From an archaeon (GTDB lineage Archaea > Nanobdellota > Nanobdellia > SCGC-AAA011-G17 > VGLX01): 44,512 nt of DNA. Each line of letters starts with the position of its first letter. Position 1 is the first letter of the stretch. Location: positions 1-44,512 of the forward strand of contig JAZDEN010000031.1 in the NCBI GenBank assembly GCA_043808805.1. The letters run 5' to 3'. A model generated the notes under the pieces. It searched no databases. It was not told the DNA's origin and saw only the letters and a program-made list of their open reading frames with translations. Shown here one piece after another: positions 9,569 to 17,877 of the stretch. The position numbers and the translations under genes are program-made.

Positions 9569-10477
9569 CTAATTATCAAGAGGCCTTGTCGAGGCAACCC
9601 TCTTCCACTTATCACCATAATGCTGGTCCAAAAACTTAGTCTCGTAAGTGAACCTGCCCCAGACGTACAGACGGGCAGGGAAAAGCATCAGAGTCCAGAA
9701 GAACTCCCTGTAAGATTTAGGATAGAGGAAAGCCCACCTCAAACCCTTCAAAGCCTCATTGCCGAAAGACTTAACCCTCAACTCCTTCTCCCTTGACATG
9801 TACCTGTCAAGCATCTCATGAGCCTTGCTGCTCCTAACCTTCTGATTAACCCAATCCTTAAGGTTTTTTGGGTAGGTAACATAAGCAAGAGCCTTCTCAG
9901 CATAAGCAACCTTGTAACCTTTCTTCCAGAACATGTAAGGGATGATAGCATCCTCACCCACATCAGTCGGCATATCACCTACTATATTATTTCGCATCGC
10001 AAACAAATAACCAGTACACTCAAGGAACTGCCCGTTCTTGTACCTCTCCCTCCTGATGTTATGGGCACCTGCATCAGTAAGAAGATGAGACCAATAACCA
10101 AGCATGTTACCCTTAGGGTTAGCAGAAACAGGCCTGCCAGAAACACAACCCACCTTAGGATCCTTAAACTTGTTATAAAGTTCCTTAACAGAATTATCAC
10201 TAACAAAAATATCACCATCAGTAAAAATAAGGATATCACCCTTAGACTTCTTCGCAAGGATGTTCATCATAACATTCTTACCCCACTCCCTCGGCTGATG
10301 CAGGAAATGAATGTTCTTATGCCTCTTCATGTAATCCCTGACAACCTTCTCAGTAGGCTCATCAGGACAGGTAACCCAGATCTCAAACTTTTCAGGAATC
10401 TTCTGGACTAAGAAACGACGGATGCACTCCTTACTAGCCATAGGCTCCTCCCAGGCAGTAATTATTATTGATATCAT
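9569..10477 (-). CDS. Glycosyltransferase family 2 (processive-type motif set)
   Basis: ISIIITAWEE, FTDGD (DxD), VGCVSG, GED, and NQKVRS as a QxxRW variant. Confidence 0.88.
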   Translation of the reverse strand: MISIIITAWEEPMASKECIRRFLVQKIPEKFEIWVTCPDEPTEKVVRDYMKRHKNIHFLHQPREWGKNVMMNILAKKSKGDILIFTDGDIFVSDNSVKELYNKFKDPKVGCVSGRPVSANPKGNMLGYWSHLLTDAGAHNIRRERYKNGQFLECTGYLFAMRNNIVGDMPTDVGEDAIIPYMFWKKGYKVAYAEKALAYVTYPKNLKDWVNQKVRSSKAHEMLDRYMSREKELRVKSFGNEALKGLRWAFLYPKSYREFFWTLMLFPARLYVWGRFTYETKFLDQHYGDKWKRVASTRPLDN

Positions 10478-10500
10478 CGCAAAATCCCAGAAATTATAGA

Positions 10501-10509
10501 TATATAAAA
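10501..10509 (-). promoter_or_regulatory. TATA box (TTTTATATA), leaderless spacing
   Basis: 24 nt upstream of ATG 10477. Confidence 0.6.
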
Positions 10510-10510
10510 C

Positions 10511-11623
10511 TTACCTATCAATAAGAGACCTGACAGCATCAAAAACCTCTTCAGGAGTAATCGTCTCCATGCAGGTGGGCTTCCTGTCACACTCAAACTG
10601 GTCATAACAGTTGATGCAATCAACCTTACCAACCAACTTCACACCCTTGCCGTAAACATCAATCTCCTGAGAGGGAGTAGGACCGAACAAAGCAACAACA
10701 GGCCTCTTCAACGCAATCGCAAGATGCATACCAGCAGTATCACCGGTAATGACAACATCACAAACATTAATCAGGGATGCAAACTCAACAATAGTCGTCC
10801 TATTGGTCAAATCAATCACGTTGTCCGAAACGCTGCTGAGCCAGCTGTTATAACCTATCTCAGTCTTTCCGCCGAACAACAAAACCTTGGCATCAAACTC
10901 CTGAACCATCATGTTAATCAGCTTGATGTAATACTCCACAACCCACTTCTTATGAGGATAGACAGGACCGCAGCCAGTGTTCAAGCCTATAACAACATCA
11001 GTGGAACCAACATCATTACTCTTAAGAAAATCATACGCAAACTCGACAGCAGACTTGGGAATGTTAACAACATACTCCTCACCATCATACCTCAAGCCGG
11101 CGATGTCAAAAATCATCTCTTGGTAGGTCTTCACATTCTCAGTCTTCTTGCCCCAATTATCGATGCACATGTCAAAATGGTATTTTGCTTCCTCATTCAG
11201 GGGAAAAACAACACCATGCTTGTCAAGGCCATAACCCCTCTTCTCCTTGGCATCAAGCCTCATCGCCAATGCAGCGGAGTGAGACGCCTTATCCAGGTTA
11301 ATCAGGATATCAAACTCCTGAACCATCAAAGCCTGGACAGTGTTATGATTATACTTCAGAAGACGGTCTATGTAAGGATTATCCTTAAGCAGCTCATAAG
11401 ACTCCTCACCAACAACCCAAGTAAGTAAACTCTCAGGATATTTCTTCTTCAAGCCGACAGCAAGAGGAGTAGCACGCAAAACATCACCGATGGCATCCAG
11501 CTTGATAAGGATTATATTCTCCTTGACAGGGGAATGATGAGAACACTCTTCACAGTTATAAGACCTATCATCCCAATAATGCTTGCAGGGCCTATCACCC
11601 TTGAAATAACGACATACTACCAT
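10511..11623 (-). CDS. Glycosyltransferase family 9 (heptosyltransferase-like) with Cys-rich N- and C-termini
   Basis: IKLDAIGDVL, KKW, ITGDTAGMHLAIAL, VALFGPT, C-terminal CINC-x5-C-x5-CM. ATG at 11623 follows GTGGGGGT. Confidence 0.9.
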   Translation of the reverse strand: MVVCRYFKGDRPCKHYWDDRSYNCEECSHHSPVKENIILIKLDAIGDVLRATPLAVGLKKKYPESLLTWVVGEESYELLKDNPYIDRLLKYNHNTVQALMVQEFDILINLDKASHSAALAMRLDAKEKRGYGLDKHGVVFPLNEEAKYHFDMCIDNWGKKTENVKTYQEMIFDIAGLRYDGEEYVVNIPKSAVEFAYDFLKSNDVGSTDVVIGLNTGCGPVYPHKKWVVEYYIKLINMMVQEFDAKVLLFGGKTEIGYNSWLSSVSDNVIDLTNRTTIVEFASLINVCDVVITGDTAGMHLAIALKRPVVALFGPTPSQEIDVYGKGVKLVGKVDCINCYDQFECDRKPTCMETITPEEVFDAVRSLIDR

Positions 11624-11729
11624 AATAACCCCCACTCAAACATTATCCACTCTTTTTATAAAGATTTTGCTATGCAAAGGTTTAAAAATAAGCCCATAAT
11701 CGGTAAGGAAAAGGAGTTCTGATAAAAAA

Positions 11730-12083
11730 ATGCAAGGAAAAATATACTTCCAGGTAAGAGTAGCGATATGCGACGACCTAGAAGAAAAGCTGAAACAAAA
11801 CTCAAAAGAATTCACAGCATTCGACAGAGATGAGGAGTCAATAAAATACTACAAGGTAGAAGGCGAAGGCAACGACGCAATCTACATAACAGCATCCTAC
11901 ATAAGAAAGGGAGTGGATATGATCACCGACTATTACACTGCCATCCTAATCGTGCACGGGCAAGACAGGGAAAAAGTCACGACGAGAATGGGAGAACTGG
12001 AAAAGAGCTTGGGGATACAATTCAAGCCAGCACCTGAAGCGCTGATGAGAAGGTACAGGATGATGTTCGGCAATTCATTCTAA
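11730..12083 (+). CDS. Hypothetical protein (117 aa)
   Basis: ATG with AGGAG upstream, codon usage like other + strand genes, fills the gap without overlap. No recognised motif. Confidence 0.75.
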   Translation: MQGKIYFQVRVAICDDLEEKLKQNSKEFTAFDRDEESIKYYKVEGEGNDAIYITASYIRKGVDMITDYYTAILIVHGQDREKVTTRMGELEKSLGIQFKPAPEALMRRYRMMFGNSF

Positions 12084-12131
12084 AAAAGAAAAACTTTTTT
12101 AACTTCAAACCACAAAAAATTAGCATAAAAG

Positions 12132-13460
12132 ATGATAATAAATGCAAATGAAACAAAAAGAGGGATAAAAATAGTGATGGGCAACAAGAATTCCGAGATT
12201 TCTTATCCATTGCCCGTCTGGGAAAAACTACCAACAAACCTCAAACAGGTACTCCTAGACAACCTAACATACTCAAAGACCATGGTGGTCGGCGTAGTCG
12301 ACGGGATAGAAAGGATAGAATACGGAACAGCACCACCCATACTGAAAACATTCTTCGACGCATGCTGCATGAAAGACATACCGAGAATGCCAAGCGACAA
12401 GAACAACGGCCTGAGAACAGAGGACATGCTCAAAAAACTGATAAACTCACAGTATAAGTTCCTGAAAGACGAGGTAAACTACCCAGAATACGATGCAAGA
12501 GGGGAAAAGGGGGCCATAATAGCAATGTCATTCGGAAAAGACAGCCTTCTAAGCTACGGACTCCTGGAAGAAATAGGAGTGGAACAAGAACCAGTATACG
12601 TAAAAGACATGTTCGACACAGAAGCAGACCTAAAAGACCAGCTCAAAACAAGATTCGAGAAGGAATTCAACAAGAAAATAAACGTCGTGTCAGACAACAC
12701 CGACCTCATGTTCACCGACATGCACGACAAGTTCAACCCATTACTTACAAACGCCATAAACACATACACTCTGATGATGCTGCCATTCAACTACTACCAC
12801 AACTACAGATACATAGTATTCGGGAATGAAAAAAACCTCAGCGACTGCTTCATCAACAAGGACGGATTCAAGGGTTATGCATCATACGACCAGACATCAG
12901 AATGGATGAGACAACAAACAGCATTCATGAGCATACTAACATCAAACAAAGTAAAGGTATTCAGCCCTATAGAGACCATACACAACCTCGCAACCATGAA
13001 AATACTCAACGACAGATACCCAAAATACGGCAAATACCAGATAACCTGCACCCTAGAAGACACAAAAGAAGGCGAGAAATGGTGCGGCGAATGCTCAGAA
13101 TGCGCAAAGATGTACTCAATAATGAAAGCACTAAACATCAACGTGAAGGAGAGAGGATTCACAAACGACATGCTCAAGAGGGAATACAGGAGGTATTTCG
13201 CACTGTTCAACGGGGAGGAAGTGATGCCCTACGACAAGCCAAAGGAATCAAGGGACGAACAACTGCTAATATTCTACATGGCATACAAAAACAAGGCAAA
13301 AGGAGACCTGATAGAGGAATTCAAGAAGAAATACCTCGAAGAGGCAAAGCAGAGGGAAGATGAACTGCACAAAAAATACATGACATCAGGCCAGCCAGAG
13401 AGCATACCACAAGAGCTCAGAAAGGAGATAATGTCAATAATCAAGGAAGAACTGAAATAA
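12132..13460 (+). CDS. PP-loop (adenine nucleotide alpha-hydrolase) superfamily protein, MurL/QueC-like
   Basis: AMSFGKDS (SGGKDS variant), GNEK, and C-x11-CGECSEC metal motif. Confidence 0.7.
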   Translation: MIINANETKRGIKIVMGNKNSEISYPLPVWEKLPTNLKQVLLDNLTYSKTMVVGVVDGIERIEYGTAPPILKTFFDACCMKDIPRMPSDKNNGLRTEDMLKKLINSQYKFLKDEVNYPEYDARGEKGAIIAMSFGKDSLLSYGLLEEIGVEQEPVYVKDMFDTEADLKDQLKTRFEKEFNKKINVVSDNTDLMFTDMHDKFNPLLTNAINTYTLMMLPFNYYHNYRYIVFGNEKNLSDCFINKDGFKGYASYDQTSEWMRQQTAFMSILTSNKVKVFSPIETIHNLATMKILNDRYPKYGKYQITCTLEDTKEGEKWCGECSECAKMYSIMKALNINVKERGFTNDMLKREYRRYFALFNGEEVMPYDKPKESRDEQLLIFYMAYKNKAKGDLIEEFKKKYLEEAKQREDELHKKYMTSGQPESIPQELRKEIMSIIKEELK

Positions 13461-13853
13461 TCACTTTCTTATAACATAATGGACCTTGAAGTCCTTTGCC
13501 TCAAAAAATTCCTTGGCAAACTCAGAAACGACATCAGGGTCAAACATCTTGCAGCTGAAAACATCAAGATAAACATGATTTGTCTTGTTGGCAAAATGGC
13601 CTGAAATCAGAGAAGAATCAATCAACTGGACCATGGAGAAACCGGCAACCTCCTCATTGGCACCGAAATTAACGACGGTGCAGGGGCCGAATCGGTTCAT
13701 GCCTATCTTATCAACTAGCTCGATAACAAACTTCTCGATAAGCTTTGCATCCCTGATTGTGGAAGGGTTACAATCATGTAGATCAATAGATGCCAGAAGT
13801 CCCCATCCACCCTGTTTTTTGAACTCCTCTTTTAATTTCTCGTACTCCATCAT
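13461..13853 (-). CDS. speD: S-adenosylmethionine decarboxylase-like pyruvoyl proenzyme
   Basis: DLHDC, GFSMVQLIDSSLISGHF (aligns with LAESHISIH), YLDVFSCK. Substrate not certain. Confidence 0.8.
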   Translation of the reverse strand: MMEYEKLKEEFKKQGGWGLLASIDLHDCNPSTIRDAKLIEKFVIELVDKIGMNRFGPCTVVNFGANEEVAGFSMVQLIDSSLISGHFANKTNHVYLDVFSCKMFDPDVVSEFAKEFFEAKDFKVHYVIRK

Positions 13854-13988
13854 ACCTCTTTTTTTACGTAATAATTATGTATTGTAATGCAAAAAGGATT
13901 TATAAAGATTTTGTTTTTGAAAAAAAATTGAAAAATCAGAAAAAATCCCCGACGGAAAAATAAAAAAATAATTTTTTGAAAAATCTTT

Positions 13989-14039
13989 AAAAAATAAAAA
14001 AATAAGAAAAAAACCTTGCTAAGAAATATTTTTCAGGTT
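13989..14039 (-). terminator. Hairpin plus repeated U-tract terminator of the CxxC-x17-CxxC gene
   Basis: Minus strand after TAA reads AACCT-GAAA-AATA-TTTC-TTAGCA-AGGTT, followed by several T6-T7 runs. Confidence 0.5.
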
Positions 14040-14046
14040 AAAAAAT

Positions 14047-14217
14047 TTATTCCCTGTCTTTCTTATGCTTGGCGTAACATTCTTTGCAGTAAACAGGCCT
14101 GCCTTCAATTGGCTTGAATGGCACTTCTGTTTCAGCACCGCAATCAGAGCACACTGTCTTGTGCATCTCTCTTGGGCCAAACCTTCTGGGGCCGAAGCCG
14201 CCGGATCTTCTATCCAT
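14047..14217 (-). CDS. CxxC-x17-CxxC domain small zinc-binding protein (56 aa, absent from ORF track)
   Basis: Translated by hand: MDRRSGGFGPRRFGPREMHKTVCSDCGAETEVPFKPIEGRPVYCKECYAKHKKDRE*. Exact CxxC-x17-CxxC spacing with VPFKP..GRPVYC. GGAGG SD upstream. Confidence 0.93.
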   Translation of the reverse strand: MDRRSGGFGPRRFGPREMHKTVCSDCGAETEVPFKPIEGRPVYCKECYAKHKKDRE

Positions 14218-14295
14218 TTTTCTTTTCCTCCACTGTATTAAAAACGTTAGAACAAGTTTTCTGTTGCTAACTGAGAAATATGAAAAAGTCGGGGT

Positions 14296-14303
14296 TTATA
14301 AGC
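14296..14303 (-). promoter_or_regulatory. TATA box of the CxxC-x17-CxxC gene, implying a 5' UTR of about 55 nt
   Basis: Minus strand reads GCTTATAAACC immediately after the GT4 stop codon, about 80 nt above ATG 14217. Confidence 0.55.
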
Positions 14304-15446
14304 TTATTCTTTTAGGGATTCCCTGTAAGTTTCCATGTACCTCTTGGCTATAATGTCCCAATTGTACTGCTTGCTGCGCTCGATGTTATTCTTACCTATG
14401 GTTGAGGCGAGCTTCTTATCGTCGAGAACCTGCAGGATTCTTTTCTTCAGATTCTCCAAATCACCATAATTGACGAGGAAACCGTTCTCAGGCTCCTTCA
14501 TCTCATAAGGAACCCCGTTGACGGGAGAAGCGACTATCGGGATGCCAGCAGCCATGGCCTCAAACAAAGTCAGGGGCAAACCCTCCCTGAAAGAGGGAAG
14601 GACATAAACATCAGCAGCCTGATACATCTCAGCAACCTTCTTCCTATCACGGATAGGCTCATGCAACACTAAATGAGGCTCACCCCTTATTATCTCCTCG
14701 ACGGTGGACTGCATGCCCTCATCAGGGCCCACCCACATAAACCACACATCATCCCTTTTCTTAACAACATCCTTGCCAACCAAAGCAAGCTTATCAACAC
14801 CCTTAGTAACGTTCAAACGGCCGAAGAAAAGAACCAACTTGTCGTTGATCCCATGCTCCTTCTTGAAGTTGTTAGGATTAACCCTTTCAAACATCACATC
14901 AGCCATACCGTTGGGAATCACAGAAATCTTATCCTCAGAAGCCCACTTCTTGATGAAGCTGAACTCCCAAGGTGTAATCGCAACAACCTTATCGATACGC
15001 TTGAAAGCACCCCTGTTAAAAAAATTATAGGAGAAAAACAATGCAATACGAGCAGGAAGCGGCCTGAAGGCATCAGTCCAAGGACAATGAGTGGTATGGA
15101 TATGAGGGATGTTATTCTTCCTGGCAAGCAAACCAGCGATGTAAACATACAAGTGGCCTGAGACGTGGCTGTGGATTATGTCAAACTTTCCCTTCGGGAA
15201 CTTCCAATACAACGACGGCCAGATGTAAGTGAACCTTGACAGCCTAAACCAGTAAGGAAGATAATGAACCTTGACACCGTTGATGTTCCTGGAACCTACC
15301 TTAAGCCTCTTCTCCTTATCAGAATTAGAACAGAAGACGTGAACATCATGGCCTTCCCTAACCTGACGCTCAGCAAGCTCCCTAACAACCTGCTTCACAC
15401 CGCATATGGCAGGCTCGTAAAACATGGTAATGTGAGCGATTCTCAT
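14304..15446 (-). CDS. Glycosyltransferase family 4
   Basis: MRIAHIT, VIPNG, FFGRLNVTKG, EGLPLTLFEAMAAGIPIVAS (E-x7-E). ATG at 15446 lies 23 nt below TATTTAAA. Confidence 0.93.
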   Translation of the reverse strand: MRIAHITMFYEPAICGVKQVVRELAERQVREGHDVHVFCSNSDKEKRLKVGSRNINGVKVHYLPYWFRLSRFTYIWPSLYWKFPKGKFDIIHSHVSGHLYVYIAGLLARKNNIPHIHTTHCPWTDAFRPLPARIALFFSYNFFNRGAFKRIDKVVAITPWEFSFIKKWASEDKISVIPNGMADVMFERVNPNNFKKEHGINDKLVLFFGRLNVTKGVDKLALVGKDVVKKRDDVWFMWVGPDEGMQSTVEEIIRGEPHLVLHEPIRDRKKVAEMYQAADVYVLPSFREGLPLTLFEAMAAGIPIVASPVNGVPYEMKEPENGFLVNYGDLENLKKRILQVLDDKKLASTIGKNNIERSKQYNWDIIAKRYMETYRESLKE

Positions 15447-15488
15447 GGTGCTAAACATAAAGAAGGGGTTTAAATAACTTATCTAAAA

Positions 15489-15815
15489 TCAGCACTCAAC
15501 ATACAAACCAGAGCGGTTATCCCTGCTCATAGCCACAAAATACTTAACAAAAACCTTCAGAACATCATCCTTATCCTTACCGTCGCACAAGTAATCAATC
15601 CTCGCAGTCTTCCCATCGTTATTCACATTAGAAAAGCTGAACTCCTGCATCCTCAAGTTGAAATCACACATAAGATCAGACAACTCCCTATCATCAGAGA
15701 AATTAACCCTTGTTATCATGGGCTTCCTCCAGCCTGAGATAAAGTTCTTGCCGTATGCAAAAACTACAGCAATCTCTCCCTTATCGGTCCTCTCCAAGTA
15801 AGCGTTGTAATCCAT
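15489..15815 (-). CDS. Hypothetical protein (about 108 aa)
   Basis: Non-overlapping ORF with minus-strand codon pattern. ATG 15815 chosen on TATA spacing. No recognised motif. Confidence 0.65.
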   Translation of the reverse strand: MDYNAYLERTDKGEIAVVFAYGKNFISGWRKPMITRVNFSDDRELSDLMCDFNLRMQEFSFSNVNNDGKTARIDYLCDGKDKDDVLKVFVKYFVAMSRDNRSGLYVEC

Positions 15816-15922
15816 TTTAAGCCGGAATACCGAGAAAATAATCATTAATAAACTTTATTGTTATGAATTATTACAAGTGCTTATTGATAATGCTTATAAG
15901 GGAAAACAAGATACTAACGGGC

Positions 15923-16351
15923 ATGGCATGGTACAATTTTTTCAGGAAAAGCTCAAAACCAAAACAACTCGGTGAAGAATCCTTAGACAGAATTGAGGAA
16001 TTCCCGCTGTACAAACCTGCAGAAGCCAAGGCCATGCAAGAGGCAGAGAAGAAACATAGCTTCCTTGAAACGCTGACAGAAGAAGAAATACATACATTAA
16101 AAGACGCGATGATGGTATCAAGGGCAAACTACCTGACAGCAATAAGAATAATAGCAAAAGACCAGAACAAAAACCCAGTATACATGCTAGAACAGCAAGG
16201 ACTTCTTGAGGACGTGTTAAGGCGTTATGCCAAAGGCGATGGGATAGCAGGCATAGCCGACGATTACCAGCTGCAACCAGGAAAGCTGAGAGAATTCTTA
16301 GAGCCACTGGGATTCACAGAAGAAGAATTCCCATACCACGACAAGGACTAA
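15923..16351 (+). CDS. Hypothetical protein (about 142 aa) with a possible C-terminal helix-turn-helix
   Basis: ATG 15923 lies about 24 nt below CTTATAAG. 'VLRRYAKGDGIAGIADDYQLQPGKLREFL' has HTH-like patterning. Confidence 0.7.
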   Translation: MAWYNFFRKSSKPKQLGEESLDRIEEFPLYKPAEAKAMQEAEKKHSFLETLTEEEIHTLKDAMMVSRANYLTAIRIIAKDQNKNPVYMLEQQGLLEDVLRRYAKGDGIAGIADDYQLQPGKLREFLEPLGFTEEEFPYHDKD

Positions 16352-17877
16352 ACCCTATACCTGACACGATCATACCAAACCTTAAACGAAATAGGCATAG
16401 CCCTGAATAAAGGCTTAGCAATATTTTCTCTTCCAAAATCAAAAATCTGGACAAAGAAACCCACAAAATAAGTCGGGAATCTGTGCTTCAGATTGAAATC
16501 AACCATTTTTGGCTTGATGAGATGCTTCAGGATGAAATAAGGCATAAGACCATAACGCTTGCTGGTGCAAGGGCCACGCATAAGATTCAAAACAAGATTA
16601 AGATAAGCGTTCTTCCTCTTCAACTTGATGTGTTTCCACCTATCCCAATAGTTAAGATGGAAGGCAGAATCCCTCTTAGTCCTGATTATCCGGTCGGCAA
16701 TAGCCTTCTCATAAAGCGGTGTACCAAAGAAAAACACCAGGTTGTTAACAGACAGGTAATAAGGCTTGGGAAGAGCAATCAAGAGATTGATAAGATTAAG
16801 GATGTCCTCCTTCTCCTCATAAGGATTCGTAGTTATAACATCATACATCACAGCAACCTTATCCTTAAACTTGTTCACTATAGCAGCAGCCCTTATGACC
16901 TGAGCATCTGTAATAAACCTCTTGTATATTTCAAAGTTAACACGCTCAGAACCCTGAATACCTATAATAATGTCAGTAAGACCTGCATCAACAAGCAAAG
17001 CCAACTTCTCCTCATTCATTGTAGGAGGATCGGCAAGACACTTGAACCTGATACCAACCTCCTTCTTGTACCTCCTGCAGAACTCCTGAAAATCAGAAAG
17101 GGGCCTAACAAATAACGTCTCATCACGGAGATCAAAAACTCCAAGAGTCTTGAACTTGCTCTTCAAACGGGCCATCTCCTTAATAGCATAATCAATAGAG
17201 TTGAAACGGATAGCCTTACCCTTACCAGTGCAAAGCTTCCTCAAGATTATATTCGAACAATAAGCACAAGCATTAGGACAGCCACGCTCTGTCTGGAAGA
17301 AAATCATACCATTAAGATGCCTCTCCTCAAAGGGAATAATCCTGTTCTTCTCAAGGATGTAATGGTCCTCAATGTCATAATCAGGAGGGGGCAATGAGTC
17401 TAAATCTTCAACCAGCTTCCTAATCTCATTCTTGTGCAACTTACCATCCTTCCTAACCCAGAGATTAGCAATGTTGGTAATGTCCTTCTTCTTCTCAATA
17501 TGGTCGAGAAGCTCAAGCATTGTAAGCTCGCCCTCACCAACACAAACCAAGTCAACATGCTCAATGCACTTGTCAGGACTGATCGTAGCGTGAATACCAC
17601 CCCAGATGATAGGCTTATTCAAAGGCTTAAGACTATTAATTATTTGAACAGCACGGACAGAGGTGGAAGCGTAAGAAGATATGCCAATGATATCAAAGCC
17701 CTTACACATATCATGAAGCTGCGAAAGAACCCTTGCATGATACTTCTTGGAATAATCCTCAGCCTCAGGAAGGAAGAAAACCTTGACATCATGCTTATGA
17801 GCCTTCAGCATAGAAGAAACATGCCTAATACCCTGGTCAGAGGGATAAGTGCTAGTCGATATCAACGCTACCTTCAC
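16348..17877 (-). CDS. Cobalamin-binding radical SAM protein (2 of 7)
   Basis: WGGIHAT, VGEGE, ERGCPNACAYC, GIQGS, FFGTPL. GTG start overlaps the GT9 stop (GTGA). Confidence 0.92.
   Translation of the reverse strand: MKVALISTSTYPSDQGIRHVSSMLKAHKHDVKVFFLPEAEDYSKKYHARVLSQLHDMCKGFDIIGISSYASTSVRAVQIINSLKPLNKPIIWGGIHATISPDKCIEHVDLVCVGEGELTMLELLDHIEKKKDITNIANLWVRKDGKLHKNEIRKLVEDLDSLPPPDYDIEDHYILEKNRIIPFEERHLNGMIFFQTERGCPNACAYCSNIILRKLCTGKGKAIRFNSIDYAIKEMARLKSKFKTLGVFDLRDETLFVRPLSDFQEFCRRYKKEVGIRFKCLADPPTMNEEKLALLVDAGLTDIIIGIQGSERVNFEIYKRFITDAQVIRAAAIVNKFKDKVAVMYDVITTNPYEEKEDILNLINLLIALPKPYYLSVNNLVFFFGTPLYEKAIADRIIRTKRDSAFHLNYWDRWKHIKLKRKNAYLNLVLNLMRGPCTSKRYGLMPYFILKHLIKPKMVDFNLKHRFPTYFVGFFVQIFDFGRENIAKPLFRAMPISFKVWYDRVRYRV

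Noticed and set aside
14114-14353. 79-aa + strand ORF
   Set aside because: It is the antisense shadow of the CxxC-x17-CxxC gene and its leader.
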